In this document: piece by piece, positions 28,593 to 37,452 of the stretch | Numbering within the stretch: the first letter of the stretch is position 1 | How the letters are laid out: every line of letters begins with the position of its first letter | Source of the DNA: a virus | DNA length: 64,000 bases | Virus record (IMG/VR): IMGVR_UViG_3300047548_001136 | Location: 11,234-75,233 of that record | Direction: 5' to 3' (one strand) | Notes under the pieces: model-generated | Databases searched by the model: none | Seen by the model: only the letters and a program-made list of their open reading frames with translations | Told to the model about the DNA's origin: nothing | Made by a program: the position numbers and the translations under genes

Positions 28593-28659
28593 CCCTGCTA
28601 AGTGCTTGATTTAGCAGGGTAATCTTTTTGGTTGACATGCCCGCTTTTGGGTATATTAT
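28593..28659 (+). promoter_or_regulatory. inverted repeat plus early promoter
   Basis: CCCTGCTAA-GTGCTTGAT-TTAGCAGGG hairpin, then GGTTGACA-N16-TATTAT. Confidence 0.7.
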
Positions 28660-28684
28660 GTAGGTATAACAAAGGAGCAAGCAA

Positions 28685-28840
28685 ATGGCTAAGTTTAACC
28701 GCAAGGATAACGACGGACATAAGTTTAATGTTCCTGCCAACTTGCTCGAGCAGTATTGCAACTCCAAGCGTTTCACCGAGGAATACTACAACTTGGAAGC
28801 GCAGTTTTGCAACGAGTTTGAAAAGTACATGGTAGGCTAA
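28685..28840 (+). CDS. 51-aa early protein (not in ORF track)
   Basis: AAGGAG RBS; MAKFNRKDNDGHKFNVPANLLEQYCNSKRFTEEYYNLEAQFCNEFEKYMVG. Confidence 0.7.
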   Translation: MAKFNRKDNDGHKFNVPANLLEQYCNSKRFTEEYYNLEAQFCNEFEKYMVG

Positions 28841-28846
28841 AATACC

Positions 28847-28876
28847 GGTTGACACACTGTCTAGGTGTGTTATTAT
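28847..28876 (+). promoter_or_regulatory. early promoter
   Basis: GGTTGACA-N16-TATTAT. Confidence 0.7.
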
Positions 28877-28912
28877 GTGTACATAAAGAAAACAGCAACT
28901 AGGAGATACTAC

Positions 28913-29947
28913 ATGAAGTTTGTAACCATTAAGAACGGTAGCTATCGTAACGCCCCTGTTACTAACACTGTGTTCCCGCTTGTGAAGGGTTACACTGTTG
29001 GCGCTAAGGGTGGCTTTATTACTGTTGACGCCCGTAACGTTATTGGGTTTGAAGGACAGCCGGAGTTTATCCGTGTGAAGGTTGCTCCTAATGATTATGA
29101 AATTGTTGGTGAAGAGGATAATTTGAACAAGTTTGAGCCTATTGAGATTGCTGCTGAACCTAAGGTCGAAGAGTCCGAGGAAGCGGTAATTGAACGTATT
29201 GCCGAACGCTTTGCAATTTTGGACGAAATGACCCGCGGCACCATTAACGGTGATGTCCGCGCTATGATTGTTGTTGGTCCTCCGGGCGTTGGTAAGTCGT
29301 TTGGTGTTGAAGCTGAGCTCCAGAAGAACGGTCTTATTGACCAGCTTGCGGGACGCCGTGCTCGTTACCAGGTTGTTAAGGGTGCGATGACCCCGATTGG
29401 TCTTTACGCTAAGCTGTTCGAGTATAGCGAGGAAGGTAACGTGCTCGTGTTTGACGACTGCGATAGCATCCTGCTTGATGACGTTGCTCTTAACTTGCTG
29501 AAGGCTGCACTTGACAGCTCGAAGAAGCGTACTATCCACTGGAACGCTGACAGCCGTCTCCTGCGTAGCGAAGGCATTCCTAACAGCTTTGACTTTAAGG
29601 GCTCGGTGATCTTTATCACCAACATTAAGTTTGACAATGTTCGTAGTGCTAAGCTTAAGGACCACCTTGAGGCGCTTATGTCGCGCTGCCACTACTTGGA
29701 CCTGACGATTGATACGATGCGCGACAAGCTGCTCCGCATTAAGCAGATTGCAATGACCGGTACGCTGTTCCCTGCTTACGGTATGACGCATGACCAGGAG
29801 CAGGAAATCCTCGACTTTATGTTCGACAACAAGGACAAGCTGCGTGAGATTTCGCTGCGTATGGCGATTAAGCTTGCTGACCTGCGCCGCATGTCCAACG
29901 ACCGTTGGAAGGCGATTGCAACGAACACTTGCATGAAGAACCGCTAA
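28913..29947 (+). CDS. AAA+ ATPase (early)
   Basis: GPPGVGKS Walker A, LVFDDCD Walker B, FITN sensor, SR arginine finger; AGGAG RBS. Confidence 0.85.
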   Translation: MKFVTIKNGSYRNAPVTNTVFPLVKGYTVGAKGGFITVDARNVIGFEGQPEFIRVKVAPNDYEIVGEEDNLNKFEPIEIAAEPKVEESEEAVIERIAERFAILDEMTRGTINGDVRAMIVVGPPGVGKSFGVEAELQKNGLIDQLAGRRARYQVVKGAMTPIGLYAKLFEYSEEGNVLVFDDCDSILLDDVALNLLKAALDSSKKRTIHWNADSRLLRSEGIPNSFDFKGSVIFITNIKFDNVRSAKLKDHLEALMSRCHYLDLTIDTMRDKLLRIKQIAMTGTLFPAYGMTHDQEQEILDFMFDNKDKLREISLRMAIKLADLRRMSNDRWKAIATNTCMKNR

Positions 29948-30007
29948 CAAGCAACGGGAGCGACAGTGACCGCTCCCACCCATTTCCCAAATTTTGATAA
30001 GGATTAT

Positions 30008-30256
30008 ATGATGAAGGTAATTGAAATTAGCCCTGGACGGTTCGAGCTTGGATGCGAAATTAGTGGTCGTCCACATAGCCGCACTAACCAGTTTGGTATG
30101 TTCTGTGATGATCCAAACTGCGAGTGTGAAAAGAAGTCGATGGCTGTGATGGGAAATCTTGGTAATTTTGTAAACGCTGCTGCTAAGATGTTTGAGCAGG
30201 GTGGAGAGCTCGATGAGGACGCACTACGTAAGGCATTCTTTAAAGGTCGGAAGTGA
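30008..30256 (+). CDS. hypothetical protein
   Basis: AAGGA RBS before ATG 30008; Cys cluster. Confidence 0.65.
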   Translation: MMKVIEISPGRFELGCEISGRPHSRTNQFGMFCDDPNCECEKKSMAVMGNLGNFVNAAAKMFEQGGELDEDALRKAFFKGRK

Positions 30257-30297
30257 TTAGTTTCCCCCTACCGTTTCTCCTAGGACGGTAGCAACTT

Positions 30298-30324
30298 GGG
30301 CAGTGGCAACACTGCCCTTTTTTT
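30298..30324 (+). terminator. rho-independent terminator
   Basis: GGGCAGTG-GCAA-CACTGCCC-T7. Confidence 0.9.
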
Positions 30325-30363
30325 GTATTGCAAAGCAGAGGCAAGAAAGCATATATTATTACT

Positions 30364-31506
30364 ATGACACTCAGATATGTAGAAGACTATCTTGAATTTT
30401 TGTATGGCACAATGGATAAGGAAGGGAACGGAACTTCCGTATTCAATTACAGCCTTGCCAGTACCAACAAAATTAAACTAGCCACATATGACAAGAGTCC
30501 AATATCAAGTATGGGAGCATTTTGTGCTAGGGCTAGAGCTGAGCAATACGAATCCTGTTTGACAGATAAGCAAGTTGAACTTGCTCGAAAAATCATAACC
30601 AAATATCGTAGGCAATTCTTAGCACATGGAATTGTTTTACCTGATAACGACAGTGACCTTGAACTGCGTCATCCTATTCGCAGCATTGATCGCTCAAAAT
30701 ATTTGAAGCATGATGTAGAAAACAAACAAGTACACTTAAAGTTTCCGTACGATCCTAAAAAGATCAGTGCGCTGCATGACTATGTTAACTCAAGTGCTGG
30801 TAAGGCAGAATGGAGCAACGGTGATCGTCAGTGGACATTTGACTTAACAGAAGGCAACGTTGCAAAAATTTTGAATCTCTTCCAGCAAGAAGATTTAAAG
30901 ATTGATGAAACGCTAACTGATATTGTCACTGATGTGTTAACTTCAAGCGAAAAAGATTTACCTCGCATTGCATTGCAAGACAACAAGCTAACACTTGTTA
31001 ATTGTCATCCGAGAGTACAAGAATATTTGGATTCAAAACAGTGGGATCCAAACAATTTGGATAAGATACCTAATTGGGTTAGCCATGCACTTGCGCTTGG
31101 ACTGCAAGTTGATGAGTCAATACTTGAAGCGTTAACAAACAAGTATAGCAATGATGTATTAAATATCATTGTTAACCGTAAAGTCACACTACCAAGTAAT
31201 AATCAACCAGATGGCCCTTGGTATAATACACTGTTAGCTGCAAACGATGTGCTACAAGATCATCCTTGGGTGCTATACTTAAATTGGTGGACTACTAAAA
31301 CAGACTGGAAGCCATTTAAGAACATGATCGAGTATCGTGAAAAGGATAAAAACTCCTTTAGGGTTCAAAAGCAGTTTGTAGAGCTTCTACATGGTTTAGA
31401 AGATCCAATCGTAGTAGTTGACTCTGTTATTGGCAGGGATGCTATACGCAACTTTATTGAGGACAACAGTCTTAAGGTAGTATATATTAGTGACATTGGA
31501 AATTAA
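30364..31506 (+). CDS. hypothetical protein upstream of UvsW
   Basis: 380-aa ORF; LTDKQ..LA.KII.KYRRQF motif. Confidence 0.7.
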   Translation: MTLRYVEDYLEFLYGTMDKEGNGTSVFNYSLASTNKIKLATYDKSPISSMGAFCARARAEQYESCLTDKQVELARKIITKYRRQFLAHGIVLPDNDSDLELRHPIRSIDRSKYLKHDVENKQVHLKFPYDPKKISALHDYVNSSAGKAEWSNGDRQWTFDLTEGNVAKILNLFQQEDLKIDETLTDIVTDVLTSSEKDLPRIALQDNKLTLVNCHPRVQEYLDSKQWDPNNLDKIPNWVSHALALGLQVDESILEALTNKYSNDVLNIIVNRKVTLPSNNQPDGPWYNTLLAANDVLQDHPWVLYLNWWTTKTDWKPFKNMIEYREKDKNSFRVQKQFVELLHGLEDPIVVVDSVIGRDAIRNFIEDNSLKVVYISDIGN

Positions 31507-31508
31507 GA

Positions 31509-32963
31509 ATGAAAAGATGTAAGCTCGTTCTCAAGGACGAAGTAAATGTAAAGTTTGAAGAGCTTGACCTTGAGATGCGTAAGCTTCTCAGTAAAAAGTT
31601 TAAGTACCAAATTCCCTATGCAAGGCACTTGCCAGCAGTGCGCCTAGGGCGTTGGGATGGGTGTGTTGCTTTCTTTCAATTAGGGGGCAGCACCTATCTT
31701 AACTTATTGCCGGAGATACTTCCTATTTTAGATAGTAAGGGTTGGGATATTGAACTAGTAGACCAACGTCAAGCAAAACCAAATTTTGAATTTGAGGAAG
31801 TAGCTGAAGGTACATTTAGTCATATCACATGGCCTAAGGGGCATCCGCAAGCAGGACAACCAATTATGCTTCGTGATTATCAGATTGAAGTAATCAATGG
31901 TTTTCTAAAAAATCCAGGGTGTTTACAGGAAGTTGCTACAGGTGCAGGTAAGACTATTATGACTGCTGCACTGAGTAGCCGTGTTGAACCATATGGGCGT
32001 AGCATTGTTATCGTTCCAAACAAGAGTCTAGTTACACAAACTGAAACAGATTATGTTAACATGGGATTAGATGTTGGTGTGTTCTTTGGTGATCGCAAGG
32101 AATGGAATAAAACACATACCATTTGCACATGGCAAAGCCTCAATAGTTTGTTTAAGAAGTCGCGTGATGAAGAAGTAGAACTTACCATTGGTGATTTCAT
32201 TGAAGGTGTTGTAGCAATTATTGTTGACGAAGTGCATATGGCTAAAGCAGATGCACTAAAGACGCTGCTAACAGGAGTGATGGCAAATATTCCGTTGCGA
32301 TGGGGACTTACTGGTACTGTGCCAAAAGAAGACTTTGAATTTATGTCCATCAAGTGCAGTCTAGGTGATGTTGTTAATAGACTTGCAGCAAGTGAGTTAC
32401 AGGATAAAGGTGTTCTTGCACAATGTCACGTACAAATCCTGCAAACACAAGAGACGCAAGATTATAAAAACTATCAAGCTGAAATGGCATTCCTTGTAAG
32501 TGATCCAAATAGATTGGATTGGATTGCAGACAAGGTAAATGAAATGCGTAAGACTGGGAACACACTTATTCTTGTTGATCGTATTACTTGCGGACAAGAA
32601 CTAATATCTAGGATTAATGATGCAGTATTCGTTTCTGGTAGCACCAAAGCAAGTCAAAGAAAAGAAGAATATGATGAAGTTGCAGAGTCTAGCGATAAAG
32701 TTATTGTGGCTACTTATGGGGTTGCTGCTGTCGGTATTAATATTCCCCGTATTTTTAATCTTGTTCTTGTTGAGCCTGGCAAGTCCTTTGTCCGTGTTAT
32801 TCAATCTATTGGTCGCGGCATTCGTAAAGCTGAGGACAAAGATTTCGTACAAATTTGGGATGTCACAAGCAACTGCAAATTCTCAAAACGTCACCTTAAC
32901 AAGCGTAAACAGTTCTATAACGAAGCCAACTATCCCTTTACAGTCCAAAAGGTAAACATATGA
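31509..32963 (+). CDS. uvsW: SF2 DNA helicase
   Basis: LRDYQ, ATGAGKT, VDEVH, GLTGT, QSIGRGIR. Confidence 0.92.
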   Translation: MKRCKLVLKDEVNVKFEELDLEMRKLLSKKFKYQIPYARHLPAVRLGRWDGCVAFFQLGGSTYLNLLPEILPILDSKGWDIELVDQRQAKPNFEFEEVAEGTFSHITWPKGHPQAGQPIMLRDYQIEVINGFLKNPGCLQEVATGAGKTIMTAALSSRVEPYGRSIVIVPNKSLVTQTETDYVNMGLDVGVFFGDRKEWNKTHTICTWQSLNSLFKKSRDEEVELTIGDFIEGVVAIIVDEVHMAKADALKTLLTGVMANIPLRWGLTGTVPKEDFEFMSIKCSLGDVVNRLAASELQDKGVLAQCHVQILQTQETQDYKNYQAEMAFLVSDPNRLDWIADKVNEMRKTGNTLILVDRITCGQELISRINDAVFVSGSTKASQRKEEYDEVAESSDKVIVATYGVAAVGINIPRIFNLVLVEPGKSFVRVIQSIGRGIRKAEDKDFVQIWDVTSNCKFSKRHLNKRKQFYNEANYPFTVQKVNI

Positions 32964-33400
32964 TGCGGTATGCTCGAATCAATTTACAGCAAACACATTA
33001 TAAAACAATTAGCGCAACACGATTAGTTTTACCAGCTGACAATATCGATAAACTTAACGCAATATACAAGACGTATTGTCAGCATAAGAAGTTTAAGAGC
33101 GTAATGCCTATCTTTGATAGTGAGTACATGGATCCAAATAACAGGATACATGGGTATTATGATCCAAGTGATCTCGATAAATTAATTGCATTTAGCCTTA
33201 TTCGTATACATGATGACGAAAATGTTGAAGCAATCCAATTTGCTTGGGATTATGAGGAGCCAGACCTTGAACTTGGTCTTAGAAGCCTGTCGCACGAATG
33301 CGCTTACTATAAAGCACTTGGGTTCAAATATTATTACCTTGGGGGCGCGGATGAATACAAGAAGCAATTTGATGGATTTGAAATTTTAGGACCAGCATGA
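32960..33400 (+). CDS. GNAT-fold protein resembling aminoacyl-tRNA-protein transferase (ATE/Bpt) C-terminal domain
   Basis: LIAFSLI...EAIQFAWDYEEPDLELGLRSL..E..Y.K..G.KYYYLG...YK. Confidence 0.5.
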   Translation: MMRYARINLQQTHYKTISATRLVLPADNIDKLNAIYKTYCQHKKFKSVMPIFDSEYMDPNNRIHGYYDPSDLDKLIAFSLIRIHDDENVEAIQFAWDYEEPDLELGLRSLSHECAYYKALGFKYYYLGGADEYKKQFDGFEILGPA

Positions 33401-33897
33401 TTGAAGAATTAAAAAACGATATTAAAGATTGGGTGCTTAACTGGGTATCTGTATATAATGAACAACTAGGGCAAATTCCTTGTCCTTTTGCTAAACAAGC
33501 ATTACTTACAAATAAGATTGATTATGCTACTGCAAATGACCTTGATGGCGTAAAAGGGTTATGTCAACTATTTGCAGCAGGCGGAATCAAAAACGAACTA
33601 TTCATTATTGGTATGCGTAAGGAATTGGTTTCACCTGAAAACTTGTCCACGTTTATTAAAAATGTTAATACTACTATACTAATGCCTGCAAATTTTGTAG
33701 CTTTAGAAGATCATCCTGATGATGAAGAAATTATCAACGGGGTAAAGATGAATCAAGGAAAGTGGGTGCTAATATTAATACAGTCACTTGAAAAGATCAA
33801 TCAAGCTTCTTTAATCTTACAAAAGCAGGGTTACTACGACAACTGGTCACAAGAATCGTTCGATGATGTGGTTAGTTGGAGATTTTTGAAAGAATAA
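33397..33897 (+). CDS. DUF1415-like protein
   Basis: W..NW.......PCPFAK and LEDHPD motifs. Confidence 0.5.
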   Translation: MIEELKNDIKDWVLNWVSVYNEQLGQIPCPFAKQALLTNKIDYATANDLDGVKGLCQLFAAGGIKNELFIIGMRKELVSPENLSTFIKNVNTTILMPANFVALEDHPDDEEIINGVKMNQGKWVLILIQSLEKINQASLILQKQGYYDNWSQESFDDVVSWRFLKE

Positions 33898-33899
33898 AT

Positions 33900-34400
33900 A
33901 TGAAAATTTTAACCGCTGAAAATACTAGTTACGAAATGAATGAGCTTCCAGAATACGTGGAAGATCTAAGATTTTGTGTACTAGACAATAGTGATCCCCG
34001 TGATCCAGACTACTTTTTTATTCCACTTGTGTTTCTTGAAACATTTAATGATCCAGCACTTGTATTAAAGATTGGTAAGCATACAATTAAGATGCCATAT
34101 AATTGGCAACTACTAATTGGTGAACCTGATTATGGTGATCTCGAAGTTATTCCGCTTACACGTTTAAATGATCGAAGTTTTAAGGCGTTTACATTTAATC
34201 CAATTACAAATCAAATACCGCGTTATGAAACAATTCAAATACTAGACGTATATCAAGATGTAAAGTGGTATTTTCCTAAGTTAAAGTCGGGGCAGCTATT
34301 AGCTATCCCGCTTGATGAAAGCCCTAACCCACCTTGTGTTTACTTCGTAAAAGAAATTTCAAAGCAAAGTGAAATTGTTGACATTACTAAGGCATGGTAA
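33900..34400 (+). CDS. hypothetical protein
   Basis: MKILTAEN... ORF in the replication operon. Confidence 0.7.
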   Translation: MKILTAENTSYEMNELPEYVEDLRFCVLDNSDPRDPDYFFIPLVFLETFNDPALVLKIGKHTIKMPYNWQLLIGEPDYGDLEVIPLTRLNDRSFKAFTFNPITNQIPRYETIQILDVYQDVKWYFPKLKSGQLLAIPLDESPNPPCVYFVKEISKQSEIVDITKAW

Positions 34401-34412
34401 TAAACAAATAAC

Positions 34413-34922
34413 ATGGCAAAAAAAGCAGCAAAGTCAGAAGATGGTATTAGTTTAGATAACGTGTTACCAGCAGTAGATAGAAAAGATACTGATTGGTGGG
34501 AAACGTTAACTCCTAGTCAGCAAAAGAAATTTCCTGCTTGGCTGTATATGCGTTATGTTTCTAATGTACCCGGTGATCCTGATTTAGCACGTTATTATTT
34601 GTTAGCAGTAAATGAACGGGTGAACAAAAAGTTCAGCGATGTTAAAGGGCATAACAAGCTACATTATTTGGCTATGACTAGCGCAAGCCCAGGTATGGGG
34701 AAGCAATTTCATCAGTTCTTGCCACCCCCTAAGCTAGGTAAATCAAATAAGAAAACGCTTAACTTACTTGAAAAATTGTTTCCAATGGCTAACGATCAAG
34801 AATTGGAACTGTTAAGTGAAATCAATAGCGGTAAAGAACTTGAACAGTATCTAATCTCAATGGGGTGGACTGACAAAGAAATTAAAGCTGCCCTAGCCAA
34901 CAAAGATACAGACGAAGATTAA
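34413..34922 (+). CDS. putative clamp-loader small subunit (gp62-like)
   Basis: WLYMRYVS..VNERVN..H.KL.Y pattern; replication context. Confidence 0.5.
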   Translation: MAKKAAKSEDGISLDNVLPAVDRKDTDWWETLTPSQQKKFPAWLYMRYVSNVPGDPDLARYYLLAVNERVNKKFSDVKGHNKLHYLAMTSASPGMGKQFHQFLPPPKLGKSNKKTLNLLEKLFPMANDQELELLSEINSGKELEQYLISMGWTDKEIKAALANKDTDED

Positions 34923-34987
34923 GAGTATCTGTTATAACATATATAAGTGTATCAGCGATTGGTACAGTTATGAGCAAAAAAGGTGTT

Positions 34988-35716
34988 ATGAGCGAGTTTC
35001 TAGAAATTATTAAGGAAGCAAAAGCACAAGGACCTGTTGATCAGAATTGTGTATGTCAGTATTGTGGCAAAGCTTTTGTGCGTGAATCAACGTTGTCTGC
35101 ACATTTATGCGAAAGCAAAAGACGCCATCAACAAAAAGATGAAGTTGGTGTACGACTTGCATACCAAGCATGGCTACGTTTTTATGAACTAACACAAGGG
35201 TCTGCCAAAAAGAAAAACTATGATGACTTTGTGAGAAGCTCGTATTATGTCGCTTTCACAAAATTTGGCAGACACTTACATAGCATAAGGGCAGTTAACC
35301 CAACTGCTTTTATTGACTATGTTATTAAGAATAATAAAAAGTTAGATCATTGGTGTAAGGATAAACTTTATGAGGAATACCTACTACAGTACTTGCAAAA
35401 GGAAAATCCACAAGACGCACTAGAGCGTGGTATTCTCGAAATGCAAGAGTGGGCCGATGAAGAGCAAAGTGTAGTTAAAGACTTTTTCCGTTATGCTAAC
35501 ACTAACCGTATTGTAGCAATGATTGTGAATGGGCGTATTAGCCCGTGGGTAATCTATTGCAGTGATACTGGACAAGCGTGTTTGGAACGCTTTAATGAAG
35601 AACAAATTATGATGGTGTTCCCGTGGATTGAACCAGATATGTGGCAACGCAAGTTAAAGACTTATGCTGCTGATGCAGAGTGGTGCAGGCATGTATTGAC
35701 TCAGGCAGGATTTTAA
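34988..35716 (+). CDS. hypothetical protein with N-terminal C2H2/C2HC-like zinc finger
   Basis: CQYCGKAFVRESTLSAHLC. Confidence 0.7.
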   Translation: MSEFLEIIKEAKAQGPVDQNCVCQYCGKAFVRESTLSAHLCESKRRHQQKDEVGVRLAYQAWLRFYELTQGSAKKKNYDDFVRSSYYVAFTKFGRHLHSIRAVNPTAFIDYVIKNNKKLDHWCKDKLYEEYLLQYLQKENPQDALERGILEMQEWADEEQSVVKDFFRYANTNRIVAMIVNGRISPWVIYCSDTGQACLERFNEEQIMMVFPWIEPDMWQRKLKTYAADAEWCRHVLTQAGF

Positions 35717-35949
35717 TGCGTTGGAAAACTGAAACATTTCAAGAACGATGCAGGCGTTTAGAAAAGTGGCGCCCATAGTTTGCATGGCGACCTGTTGTCA
35801 TTGATGGACAACGTGTTTGGTTAGAATGGATTTATCGTAGAACTAAGGTTTATTCTGGAATTGATGTGATATACGAAACAGAATATGCGGATACTATGAC
35901 TATACTAAAAAAACAAAAATTTGATGGGGAATATGATGGGCTTGAGTGA
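35716..35949 (+). pseudogene. Trp-rich small gene interrupted by an in-frame TAG
   Basis: MRWKTET...KWRP*FAWRPVVIDGQRVWLEWIYRR...; TAG at 35776-35778 occupies a Trp position of the paralog motif WHKWYAWYPV. Confidence 0.65.
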
Positions 35950-36244
35950 TAATCGTGATAGCAAACTAAAATATGCAATGCGAGTGTATAATCATCCAAG
36001 CTTTGGGGAATGGCATAAGTGGTATGCATGGTATCCAGTTCGTATAGTAAAGTTTCATAGGGTAGAACTTACAACATTTGGTGTTGGTGAATTTTTTATC
36101 AAAACATATCAATGGGTATGGCTTAAAGAAGTCGCGCGACGTAAAGTTATTGATGAACTCGATGGACCAGGTCGTGAAGGTGCTGGATCAAAAATATATT
36201 ACGAATACACTACAACAATGGAACTACTAGCAAGTGGATATTGA
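35921..36244 (+). CDS. Trp-rich hypothetical protein (start uncertain)
   Basis: WHKWYAWYPV...WVWL. Confidence 0.65.
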   Translation: MMGNMMGLSDNRDSKLKYAMRVYNHPSFGEWHKWYAWYPVRIVKFHRVELTTFGVGEFFIKTYQWVWLKEVARRKVIDELDGPGREGAGSKIYYEYTTTMELLASGY

Positions 36245-36276
36245 CTGGAGTTTATGTTACTGATACTAAATAAAGT

Positions 36277-36876
36277 ATGAGTAAATTTAAACCAACGTAT
36301 CTTTACGTTAAGCAACATAATCAAACTGGTCTAAAATATTTTGGAAAAACAACAAAAGATCCACTCATTTATAAGGGATCAGGACTTTATTGGAAAAATC
36401 ACTTAAAAGTTCACGGAGATGATATTACAACTGTATGGTTTATGCTTTTTGAAAACGAACAAACATTAACTGAATACGCTAATAAATTCTCATTGGACCA
36501 CAATATTGCTGAGTCAACAGAATGGGCTAATCTTAAACCAGAAAACGGACTTGATGGCTTCACACAAGGTCACAAATACAACGTTGGTTCAAAAAGACCT
36601 AATTTATCAGAATACAACTTAAGACCCGAAGTCATTGCAAAACGTAAAGAAAATAATAAAGGCAATGATTATGCTAAAGCGTTAAAAGGATATAAACAAT
36701 CTAGCGATCATGTTGAGAAAAGGATGAAAGCACATCGAGGTATCAAAAAAGGTCCTCAAACAGAAGCACATATTAAAAGTAGATTTCAGAAAAAGCATTG
36801 TGTACACTGTGAAGGTGAGTTTACTCCTGTAAATTTTTCAAGATGGCACGGTGACAAATGCAAACAGAAAATGTAA
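36277..36876 (+). mobile_element. GIY-YIG (Seg-like) homing endonuclease
   Basis: YLYVKQH..TGLKYFGKT, YKGSG.YW, ANL..ENG; C-terminal C..C..RWH.D.C; TAAATA at 36267. Confidence 0.85.
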
Positions 36877-37451
36877 AAAAGTTTACTAGTGACATAGATA
36901 TTGATGTTGCTAATCGTGATGATGTGCTGAAATTAATTAAGCACACCCCGGCTAGTATGTTTAAAAAAGGACAATTTGTTAAACACTTAACAGGAATATA
37001 TGTTACTGATGTCCCTGTTGATCCAATTACTGGCATGGCAACTGTGGAGTACGAAAAAGCAGAGGAACTTGGCTACGTTAAGTTGGACATACTTAATCAA
37101 TCTGTTTACGATCAAGTAAAAGATCCAGCGCATTTAGAGAAGCTGTTATCAACAGAACCTATGTGGGAAATGCTGCAATACAAAGAGTTTATAGAGCAAG
37201 TAGTTCATATTGGCAATCACTATGATACTATACAGCGTATGCCGGAACCTATTAACAACATTCCTCGCATGGCTATGTTGCTTGCTATTATACGACCGGC
37301 AAAACGACATTTAGTTGGCAAAACATGGAAGGAAGTTGGGTTGGATGTATGGACTAAACCAGCTGATGATGCATATTACTTTAAGAAATCACATGCTGTC
37401 AGTTATGCACATTTAGTTAAAGTTCATATGAATTTATTGTGCGGAGTGTAA
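36858..37451 (+). CDS. miniature DNA polymerase III alpha (DnaE)-like protein
   Basis: SDIDID, H.TGIY, GYVKLDIL, LAIIRP, YYFKKSHAVSYA motifs in 197 aa. Confidence 0.75.
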   Translation: MQTENVKKFTSDIDIDVANRDDVLKLIKHTPASMFKKGQFVKHLTGIYVTDVPVDPITGMATVEYEKAEELGYVKLDILNQSVYDQVKDPAHLEKLLSTEPMWEMLQYKEFIEQVVHIGNHYDTIQRMPEPINNIPRMAMLLAIIRPAKRHLVGKTWKEVGLDVWTKPADDAYYFKKSHAVSYAHLVKVHMNLLCGV

Positions 37452-37452
37452 T

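Noticed and set aside
28598-30076. 492-aa ORF on the - strand
   Set aside because: Antisense shadow of the AAA+ ATPase and neighbours, which have promoters, RBSs and motifs; it has no recognisable motif itself.
35776-35778. Genome-wide amber stop reassignment
   Set aside because: Long genes are intact in the standard code and TAG terminates other ORFs; only one case seen.
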